DNA of 64,000 nt from Prorocentrum cordatum (Eukaryota). A program made the translations under genes and the position numbers. The stretch spans positions 1-64,000 of the forward strand of contig CAUYUJ010000283.1 of NCBI GenBank assembly GCA_963575745.1. The letters are read 5' to 3'. Shown one piece after another: positions 51,251 through 60,701 of this stretch (position 1 is the stretch's first letter; each line of letters starts with the position of its first letter). The notes beneath the pieces are model-generated. The model was not told the origin of the DNA. It was given only the letters and a program-made list of their open reading frames with translations, and made no database searches.

Positions 51251-52477
51251 GTCACGAAGGATAAGCGTCTCAGACGGGTGTCATGGGGCGTCGCGGTTTT
51301 TGGCCATGATGTTACAACCCTGCCCCCACTGGTGTCGGATGCCGACATTCAGTTCATCCAAGGGGGCGGGATCTCTGGTAAGCAATCTGTGAATCGTGGT
51401 GAGCTCTGGGCCCTTTTGGCTTTCCTGGAAGGAGCTCACCCCCAGGCGTGTCTTGGATACGTCGCGGACTCGGCCTATGTTGCGAGGGGTTTTGCTCGCA
51501 TCCAGGCCGGCCTTTTGCAGCGAATTCAGACCCACGCTGATCTCTGGAGGCGTGTCCTGAGCGCTCTGGATCGTCTTGGGGATGTGGTTCTCATTCAGAT
51601 TCCGAATCACCTCAAGGTTGAGGAGGCCGTGCGCCGTGGATTAAACCCTGGCGTCGTGCTGGCGAATTCGGTGGCCGATGATGTTGCGAGCCACTTCGCC
51701 CAGCAGGTTCAGGTTCCATATGCTGTCTCGGCTCCCGTCAGGTTCGCTGATGGGCTAGCTCGGAAGGTGCAAAATCATTTCCTTGCTGTGATGTCTGATG
51801 TTTTGGAGCGTGAGGGTGGACGCCCTCCTCGCCCCCCCAAGGAGAAGGCTCGGAGAACGGCCCGCCAGCTCCTCCGCGCTGCGGCGGTGAAGTCCTCTCA
51901 TCATTGCCCCTTGCTTTGTGGGGATTTCTCCCAGTGCCAGAGGTGCGGTTGCTCTTCAACCGCTCGTGACCTGACATCGTTTTTGAATTCGCAGTGTACC
52001 CCTATGGAATGGTCTGGTGCGGTCTTTCGACCGACGGCGGCTGTGTGTGTGCGCAGTCGGCTTGTGGACCCTTCCCATGCCTTGGCGTTCTGGCCTGAGG
52101 CGAATGTGCTGTGGTGTTTAACTTGTGGGGCGTATTCGACCCAGCACTTGAGGGACCTGGGTAAGGTCTGTTCGGGCCGCCTCGGGAAGGCGGGGGCCCA
52201 AAACCTTTCCAGGATCGCCCAGGGCATGGTCCCTGGGAGTTTGGTTTGGGGGAAGGAGCGGAGGGAGAGGGCTTGCGCGAGAGGCGGGGTGGGAGAGAGA
52301 GATAGAGCGGCGAGTGCGGCCCCGCGTGCTCGGCGCGCGGCGCCGTTCGGGTCTGCCGCGGTCGCGGCCGACGTCTTCGCGGCCGTGGCCGCCAACAGGC
52401 GCCGCCCCGCCTCTCTCCCCCCCGCCCGCGCGCCCCCCTCCGCCCCCTCTGGTCCCCCGCCAACCTCGGTGGCTTAG
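51251..52477 (+). CDS. LINE ORF2 part 3: RNase H and C-terminal Cys/His fingers
   Basis: DKRLRRVSWG, QSVNRGELWA, VADSAYV, HADLW, IPNH, NSVADDVA; then CQRCG, SHAL...WCLTCGAY...C; stop at 52475-52477. Confidence 0.85.
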   Translation, partial: VTKDKRLRRVSWGVAVFGHDVTTLPPLVSDADIQFIQGGGISGKQSVNRGELWALLAFLEGAHPQACLGYVADSAYVARGFARIQAGLLQRIQTHADLWRRVLSALDRLGDVVLIQIPNHLKVEEAVRRGLNPGVVLANSVADDVASHFAQQVQVPYAVSAPVRFADGLARKVQNHFLAVMSDVLEREGGRPPRPPKEKARRTARQLLRAAAVKSSHHCPLLCGDFSQCQRCGCSSTARDLTSFLNSQCTPMEWSGAVFRPTAAVCVRSRLVDPSHALAFWPEANVLWCLTCGAYSTQHLRDLGKVCSGRLGKAGAQNLSRIAQGMVPGSLVWGKERRERACARGGVGERDRAASAAPRARRAAPFGSAAVAADVFAAVAANRRRPASLPPARAPPSAPSGPPPTSVA

Positions 52478-52537
52478 GTTGCCATTGTGGGTGGCCCTTT
52501 TCTCTCGTCCTTGATCATCATGATCGCTCGCTATATA

Positions 52538-52990
52538 CTCCTCCTCCTCCTCCTCCTCCTCTCCCCCTCCTCCTCCTCCTCTCCTCCCCCTCGTCCTCTT
52601 CATCCCCTCCTCCTCCTCACCTCACCTCCACCACCTCGTCATCCTCCTCCCTCCTCCCTCATCCTCCTCCTCCCCTCCTCCTCCTCCTCCTCTCCTCCGC
52701 CCCCCTTCTCCTCCTCCTCCTCCTCCGCCCCCCTCCTCCCTCCTCCTCCTCCTCCTCCTCCTCCTCCTCCTCCTCCTCCTCTCCTCCTCCTCCTCCTCCT
52801 CCTCCTCCCTCCTCCTCCTCCTCCTCCTCCTCCTCCCTCCTCCTCCTCCTCCTCCTCCTCCTCCTCCTCCTCCTCCTCCTCCTCCTCCTCCTCCTCCTCC
52901 TCCCCTCCTCCTCCTCCTCCTCCTCCTCCTCCTCCTCCTCCTCCTCCTCCTCCTCCTCCTGCTCCTCCTCCTCCTCCTCCTCCTCCTCCT
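52538..52990. repeat. (CCT)n tract at the LINE 3' end
   Basis: Starts immediately after ...CGCTATATA. Confidence 0.95.
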
Positions 52991-53430
52991 CTGCGGTATG
53001 CGGAACTACTCCGAGAGAAATCGTGATAACCTCGCTGACGACAGATCTGGCAAATGCGATAGATGCTGACGACTGCTGTTGGCATTGACGGCCTATCAAT
53101 CTAATTTTCATCCGCGACCGCACGTCCAAATCTCAAGAAATCGAAAACATGCGATGGACCGCCTGTTTCCTGGATCAGCGCCCGTGCCCCAAAAACTGGC
53201 CCACGGCCTTGAGCCGTGCGACGCGCGTGAACCAAAGTCAGAATCCGGACCCTCCCCCGAGATGTTCGCCAATGCTTATGAGAACAAGGAGTTTGCATTT
53301 GAGACGCATGTTATTCCTCATATGTAGTGCCACGTTTTTCTGTACTGGGGCACCCAGGGAGTCCTGACTACCCCCGGCATTGAAAACTCTGGTGGTGGGA
53401 GAAAAAAACGAAGCGCTCGAGAGAGTACTC
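52991..53430. repeat. Unique block of the tandem duplication, copy 2
   Basis: About 96% identical to 44473-44910 (hand count). Confidence 0.9.
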
Positions 53431-54147
53431 CTCGTCCTCCTCCTCCTCCTCCTCCTCCTCCTCCTCCTCCTCCTCCTCCTCCTCCTCCCCCTCCTCCTCC
53501 TTCTCCTCCTCATCCTCCTCCTCCTCCTCCTCCTCCACCTCCTCCTCCTCCCCTTCTCCTTCTCCTCCTGCGCCTCCTCGTCGTTGTCCTCATCCTCGCA
53601 GCTAAAAGCGAACCCTGGGCCCACGCCCTTTTCTGGAAAAAAAACTCCTCGAACCCAGAACCTCGAACCTCGCCCCCCCCCCCTTCCTCACCCTCGAACC
53701 TCGAACCTCGCGCCGCTGGAACCAGTGCTGGGCCACCTCGCACCACCAGCTGGCTCCAAGCTGGGGCTGCCCTTGGCCTCCGCGCGGTGGCGACATCTGA
53801 GCCCTACCCCCACCGACCATCAATTCTCCTGAACCGATGGGAGGCGGGGGTAGGGCTCGGATTTCGCCGCCGATTCGTGCCAGCTGCGACGGCCCACGCG
53901 GGCGGCGCGAGCTCCCGACGCGGCACACACCCCTGCGACCACACCGTCGGGGGCGTCCAAGAGGGGGGGGGGGGGGAAGGCGTCCAAGAAGGGCTCTCCC
54001 TCTCACGCTCTACCATTCCCCTCCTCCCTCTCTCCCCCTCTTCCTCTTCTCTCCTCCCTCTCCTCCCCCTCTCCTCCTCCTCCTCCTCCTCCTCCTCCTC
54101 CTCCTCCTCCTCCTCTCCTCTCCTCCTCTCCTCCTCCTCCTCCCCTC

Positions 54148-54178
<31 letters not shown>

Positions 54179-54387
54179 TCCCCCTCCCCCTCCCCCTCCC
54201 CCTCCCCCTCCCCCTCCCCCTCCCCCTCCCCCTCCCCCCTCCTCCTCCTCCTCCTCCTCCTCCTCCTCCTCCTCCTCCTCCTCCTCCTCCTCCTCCTCCT
54301 CCTCCTCCTCCTCCTCGTCCTCCTCCTCCTCCTCCTCCTCCTCCTCCTCCTCCTCCTCCTCCTCCTCCTCCTCTGTCTCCTCCTCCT

Positions 54388-54441
<54 letters not shown>

Positions 54442-54997
54442 TCGCCTCCTCCTCCTCCTCCTCCTCCTCCTCCGCCGCCGCGTCTGGGGCCCGCGCCGCC
54501 CGCGTCGGACGTGGGCGGCCGCGTCGGACGTGGGCGGCGCCAGGCTGAACGGCCGCCGGGGACTCGAGCTATGACCCGATGGCCAGACGACGATCAGTCA
54601 GGACCGAATCGAGCAGTCGGATCGATTCAAAATTTGCGTCGGATCGGGCTGCATTGACACGGAGCCGGAATCGAAACGGATCCGACGCGTCAAAATGCAC
54701 AACAAAACCATGCGAACATCGGCCAGCACGGGATCGCCGGGAAATCGAAATCGAGTCGGATCGGGCAAGCCGAAGCCGATATCGAATCGGATTGATAGGA
54801 TCGAAATTGACCCTGGAGGGGTGGGGGCGTCCAAGAGGGGGGGGCGCAAAAGTCATGGCCAGAGGCACGTGCGCGGACGAAGGGCGGGGCCCAGGGGACG
54901 CCGTGAAAGAACGGCGAGGGGCCCTGAACAGCGCGAGCAGATGCCGCAGCCCAGGCTATGAGATCCTCCCCCCTCAGACTTCCGCCCCCACTTTTGG

Positions 54998-55192
54998 AGG
55001 CCTGGAAATGGGCACCAACACAAACACGTTGGGCTGCCTCCAGGGGGAAGATGATCCTGGATTTCAGTGTTGGTGGTAATAGCTCGGTCACCTTGGAAGC
55101 CAGAATCTTTCCACCATCACCGAGATCGGGATCCTCTTCCCTCGGCGGAGGAACACCGCCGATGTTGGTGCTGGGTGTCCACCTCTGGGCCT
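54998..55192. mobile_element. MITE family E copy
   Basis: Homologous to 34174-34369, with the same ends. Confidence 0.7.
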
Positions 55193-55367
55193 GCGACACT
55201 GGGACGCCCCCTCGACACTGGAGACGCCGTGGCGTCGGCGGCAGCAGCTGGGCCGGCAAGCCCAGCAAGGGGGGGGGGGGGGCACTGCGCATGCCCCAGG
55301 GGCTCCGACCGCCCGGGCCTCTCACGAGGCTCCCCAACGGTTGCGCGTGCTGCCCGCCCCCAGGCCC

Positions 55368-55520
55368 AGGTCGGGCCTGTCCCCCTATAGGGGGTTTTTT
55401 GAGGAAAAATAAAAATAGTCAACAAATATTCAAAAATGATCAAAAGTAGCAGAAAAATCGTTCCCACACTATTTCTAACTGTTTTTAAATGTTCCTCCTG
55501 TAGAAGGACACGCCCGACTT
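55368..55520. mobile_element. MITE family B copy
   Basis: AGGTCGGGCCTGTCCCCCTATAGG ... CCTGTAGAAGGACACGCCCGACTT. Confidence 0.7.
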
Positions 55521-55619
55521 AACCCCAGGCTGTCCGCCCCTCCCTCCAATCCTCCACCCAGCCCGATTCCGCTCAGAGTCGATCCCCGGGGTCCTCCCAG
55601 GGTCCGTCCCGGCCCGCTA

Positions 55620-55960
55620 GAAGACGACGCCAGGACGAGGCCAAAATCGGGTGAGGATAGGTCGAGAACCTCTGAGGTCCGGCGGCTCTGGAGAATGTCG
55701 CGGACGCCGCGGCCTTGTCAGAGCGTTCCGGAACGCTCTGATAGCGTCCTGGAACGCTCTGGAATGTACAGTGGAGGCCGACCGCAAGAAACCTTCCACA
55801 AGAAACCCTACCCTGAGACCCCAGGACGTCCATGGACTTGGTGTGGGAATGTCACGCCTTCCACCGCAAAATTATCGAAATCCAAGAAACCCAGGGCACC
55901 TCGGAGAAAAGCAGGGTGTTTCTTGGCATGGGCCCCCGCTGTATTTATCCTCGTCCTGGC
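55620..55960. mobile_element. MITE-like family D copy interrupted by MITE A
   Basis: Aligns with 26101-26265 once the nested MITE and one TA are removed. Confidence 0.65.
55769..55941. mobile_element. MITE family A, 173 bp, TA TSD
   Basis: TA|CAGTGGAGGCC ... GGCCCCCGCTG|TA. Confidence 0.8.
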
Positions 55961-56207
55961 CCCGCCCCCCGTTGTCAGAGGCGGCTGCAGCCGCGGCGAC
56001 GAGCAGCATCCAGGAGGCCCCAGTAGGGACGACGGGCGCCGAAGAGAGCTGCCGCCGGTGCGACCAGCCCTCCTCCAACTCGGCGGCCTCCCTGGCTTTC
56101 GGGCCACAACTTGGCCTTCCGCGGCCGCTCGGAACGATTCTGGCACCCCAGGGTAGCTCTCAAAGGGGCTGGGAAACACCTGGAAATTTCCGAACACCTA
56201 TGGAAAC

Positions 56208-56290
56208 CTCATCATCACCATCACCATCACCATCACCAATACCATAGTCCTCCTCCTTCTCATCACCATGATCATCATCATCACCACCAC

Positions 56291-56326
<36 letters not shown>

Positions 56327-56664
56327 GACCACCATCATCATCATCATCATCAACATCAGCATAATCATCATCATCACCACCACCATCAGCATCATCACCA
56401 CCATCATCATCATCAACATCATCATCATCAGCATCATCATCACCATCACCACCACCACCATCATCATCATCACCACCATCATCATCATCATCATCATCAT
56501 CACCAACATCATCATGATCATCACAAACAATCACCATCATCATTAACATCATCATCATCACCATCACCACCACTACCATCATCATCACCACCATCAACAT
56601 CATCAACATCATCATCACCAATATCATCATCATCATCACCACCACACCTACAACCACCACCATG

Positions 56665-56696
<32 letters not shown>

Positions 56697-58192
56697 TACC
56701 ATCACCACCACCACCACCACCACACCATCATCATGACCACCATCATCATCATCAACATCATCATCATCATCACCACCATCATCCTCATCAACATCGTCAT
56801 CATCATCACCATCACCACCAACACCACAACCATCATCATCATCGTCACCATCACCATCATCATCATCACCACCACCATCATCATCATCATCACCATCACC
56901 ACCACCACCATCATCATCATCACCACCATCATCATCATCAACATCATCATCAACATCATCATCACCATCACCACCACCACCATCATCATCATCACCCTCA
57001 TCATCATCATCAACATCATCGTCATCACCATCATCACCACTACCACCAACACCACCATCATCATCATCCTCGCCACCACCATCATCATCATGATCATCAA
57101 CATGATCATAATCATCATCATCACCACCATCAACATCATCATCACCATCATCATCATCAACAACATCACCCTCACCACCACCATCACCATCATCATCACC
57201 ACTACCATCATCATCACCACCACCATCATCAGCATCATCATCATCAACATCATCACCATCATCATCACCACCACCACCATCATCATCATCACCACCATCA
57301 TCATCACCACCACCATCATCATCATCACCATCACCACCACCACCATCATCATCATCACCACCATCATCATCATCATTATCGTCATCATCATCACCATCAC
57401 CACCACCACCATCATCATCATCATCACCATCACCATCATCATCATCATCATCATCAACATCATCATCACTCTCACCACCACCACCACCCTCCTCCTCCTC
57501 CTCCTCCTCATCATCATCAACTTCAACATCATCATCATCACCACCATCATCATGATCACCATCATCATCATCACCATCACCACCACCACCACCATCATCA
57601 TCATCACCGTCACCATCATCATCATCATCATCATCAACATCAACATCATCATCACCATCGTCACCATCACCGCCACCACCACCATCATCATCATCACCAC
57701 CATCATCAACAACATCATCATCATCAGCATCATCATCATCACCACCACCATCATCATCACCACCATCAACATCATCATCATCAACATCATCATCACCATC
57801 ATCACCACCATCACCACCAACACCACCGTCATCATCATCATCATCACCACCACCATCTTCATCATCATCATCATCTTCATCATCAACATGGTCAGCATCA
57901 TCTCATCAGCACCACCATCATCATCATCACCATCATCATCATCGTCATCACCATCACCCTCACCACCACAACCACCTCCGCCACCATCATCAGCATTACC
58001 ACTATCATCATCGTCAACATCATCATCACCACCATCATCATCATCAGCATCATCACCACCACCACCATCATCATCATCACCACCATCATCAGCATAAACA
58101 TCATCATCATCATCACCACCACCACTACCACTATCATCACCATCATCATCACCACCACCATCATCATCATCACCACCATCACTATCATCACC
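56208..58192. repeat. ~2-kb (CAT/CAC)n microsatellite
   Basis: Directly visible; abuts the 3' end of the YR element. Confidence 0.95.
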
Positions 58193-58641
58193 ATGATACG
58201 CTGTTTCGTTAGGCGGAGAATCGAGTTCTGATAATGACGGCTCGCTGCGATCAGCGAGCTGCTCCTCCAGAGCTTTGGGACGAGGGGCCGAAAAAGGCCC
58301 CGCTCTGAGGGAACCGAAGACAGTCAGACGAACCCCCCCCCCGCCGCGCGGGAGCCCCCCTCCAGGGTTGGGCGGGCTGGGAGAACCGAGATGGGCTGCG
58401 GACGCAATGCTCCCTGCTAATCGTTGGCAGACGACACCCCGCTCCCCGCTTAATCGTATCCGTGCACGCACCCCCTATGATACGCTGTTTCGTTAGGCGG
58501 CGAACCGAGTTCTGATAATGACGGCTCGCTGCGATCAGCGAACTGCTCCTCCAGAGCTCTGGGACGAGGGGCCGAAAAGGCCCCGCTCTGAGGGAACCGA
58601 AGACAGTCAGACGACCCCCCCCCGCCGCGCGGGAGCCCCCT
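58193..58641 (-). repeat. Split direct repeats: B1 58477-58641, putative A2 58362-58476, B2 58193-58361
   Basis: Two ~165-bp near-identical copies separated by 115 bp of unique sequence, starting just after the last stop codon (58648). Confidence 0.85.
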
Positions 58642-58647
58642 GCCCCC

Positions 58648-59330
58648 TTACACAGGGCTAGCATTATAGATGGAGGCTTTCGCGAGGGACTGGAGGGAGT
58701 GAGTGAGCGCAGGGTTTAAAAACACTGGGCGTTTAAGGGAGTAACTAGTATGGCTCACTCCGAATGTATCTCTGCCCCGTCGGCGGATATGAGGGACGCC
58801 AGTCCTATCGCAAATACCTGTGCAGCTGTGACAAGTACGAGCCAATATCGCTATGTCTTCGGGCTCCGTGCCCACGTGCATGTATATACAACGGTGTCTC
58901 CAGGAGGCTCCGAACATGAATCTATCATTGACAACTGTCGTCACGAAACTATCTGGCACATCGGGTTGGCTAACGAGATGTGGCCAGAGCCGGCGTCCCT
59001 GCGGTATCTCCAGGAGGAGCGGCACGCGAGCTCGCCATGCTGTGGCGATGAGCCGTTTCAATCTCTCCGCAAACCTCCGCAGTCGGCGGTGGCCTGCTAG
59101 CCTACCTGTAGCTTTGTTTGCCGACGGTACCGCGGGCGACAGGAAAAGCGCGGCTACCTCACCACGCCGCAGGTGCGCCTGAAGGCGGCGCTCCAAGGGC
59201 GCGCCCAGCCGCTCGTCACCGAGGGCGTCGCCTCGCCACATCCGGGTAGGCACCCCACTTTCGGCGAGGCCCGACCCGATCGTGGCCAGCCCGTCCCCGA
59301 TCAGGAGCGCTTTGCACCGCTCGGCGAGGG
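58648..59330 (-). pseudogene. C5 DNA methyltransferase-like domain lacking the catalytic Cys
   Basis: ALLIGDG (motif I position), GEVAALFLSPAVPS (PPC position), VPLLLEIPQGRRLW (ENP position), NDRFMFGASWRHRC (DxCxFG..RK), LARTC...CDRTGVPH, RPVFLNPAL (YP..L). Confidence 0.6.
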
Positions 59331-59363
59331 CTGGATGCCTCCTGGCAGAGGCACCGCTCGCCC

Positions 59364-60090
59364 CTACACCAAGGCGCGCTCCAGCTCGCGCAAGCACTGG
59401 TCGCCGTACGCCTCCAGCATCGGCCCGTGCATCTGCGCGCGCTGCCCGAGGCGCGCGCTTTTCTCGTAGCGCGCCATGTTCATCAACTGGCGCCAACCTC
59501 CCCGCCGCCGCACCTCTGCCTGCGTCCTCTCGCCGCTGGCACGGTCGATGCTCGCCCCCGAGTGCCCCGCCTGACACGGCGTGACGGGCCGCAGCTGCAT
59601 CCTGCGGCAGGCCGCCTTCATCTTGCGCAGCAGCTCGGGGTAGTCGAAGTCCCACACAGGCTTCCGAGGACCGAGCATCTGCATCTCGCTCAGGACTGGC
59701 CCGATCCACCGTAGCCACGAGGAGTCCAGCCTCACGCTCAGGTCGAACTCCCCCACTTTGTCGGGCGTTTCTCGCTCCTGGGGGTGCATGAGGAGCCCCC
59801 AGTGCTGACTGCCACCTCCTGGTTTCACTATGTCGCCAGGGCGTAGTGTGTCTGCCCCCAGGCGTCCAAACTTTGGGTAGATGTGGTTCACCGCCGCCGC
59901 GACATACATCCCCGTCGAAGCCTGCTTGCCCAGCAGGTACAGCGAGGTGAAGTAGTGGTCCAGGCAGGCGTCCATCGTCTCCGCTGGCATCTCGAAAAAG
60001 TCCTGGCGGCCTGACCTCTGCTTCAGCTGCCCGACCACTCTCTGGCATTGGGCCCTCCCTCACGGCGTCGCCGTGCTCGACTCCAAGTAT
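59364..60090 (-). pseudogene. Tyrosine recombinase of the YR retrotransposon, inactivated
   Basis: MDACLDHYFTSLYLLG, WGLLMHPQE...KVGEFDLSVRLDS, PCQAGHSGAS (HxxR-box Arg replaced by Gly), RRGGW, RYEK; stop at 60060; probable deletion after KFGRLGAD. Confidence 0.8.
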
Positions 60091-60485
60091 CGGTCGAGCG
60101 ACACCCCGTCCTCGATCGCGCGAGCTACCGCCAGGTGCCGCCTCTTCACAAGCCTCACCAGTGTCCTCCGCCGCTTGAGCTCGACGGCGGCCTCGGACTC
60201 GCTGGTAGCGCCGCCCAAGCTCTCCCCAGCAGACCGAGCCCGCTTCCCAGTGGCGCGCCTTCGGATGGCGGCAGGTTGCGCCTCCGCCGCCGCCTCCAAG
60301 CACTGCGCTCGCGAGCCCTCCGCTGGCACGGGCGGCCCTCGGCCTTCCAGCGGGGCCCCGCTCGCGCCTCGAGCTCTCTCCCACGTGAGCACCCTCAGCC
60401 GCGACGCCGACGATGGCTCCGCTGCTGGGGAAGGGCCCGTCGCCGTCGGCCGAGCCCTCGGCAGTGTCCGGGGCGTCAACAACGG

Positions 60486-60507
60486 CCTGAACCAAAACGG
60501 CTACGGA
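60486..60507 (-). other. Internal DinoSL-like sequence (19/22) in the YR element
   Basis: Minus strand reads TCCGTAGCCGTTTTGGTTCAGG; all three differences from DinoSL are transitions; sense to the element. Confidence 0.8.
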
Positions 60508-60701
60508 GTGAGACCGAGACGCAGGGGCCCCATCGGATCCGGAGGAGCAGGGAGCCCCGAGGACGAGGGAGGAGGGGTGACGGCGATGCTCGTTTGTTTC
60601 CAGAGCTCTTACATGGATGGTGCACTGAAACGGGGCTACTCGCTTGCTCGCATTCAACATTGAAGCAATTAGAACTGACTGACTTTAGAACTGACTCAGG
60701 T

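Larger units (their letters stand above)
45513..52537 (+). mobile_element. Full-length non-LTR retrotransposon (APE-RT-zinc finger-RNase H type)
   Basis: SL, 137-nt 5' UTR, ORF1, ORF2 domains, ~60-nt 3' UTR with small hairpins, (CTC)n tail; flanked by (CCT)n on both sides. Confidence 0.92.

Noticed and set aside
44473..53430. Flanking 440-bp direct repeats read as LTRs or a giant TSD
   Set aside because: The interior is a LINE (APE-RT, no integrase or protease), the repeats lie 450-600 bp from the element ends, differ by about 4% and belong to a pre-existing tandem duplication
58648..60660. The 670-aa ORF as a single real protein
   Set aside because: Its middle overlaps the true YR frame (59364-60038) out of phase; only the last ~225 aa, and possibly the start, look genuine
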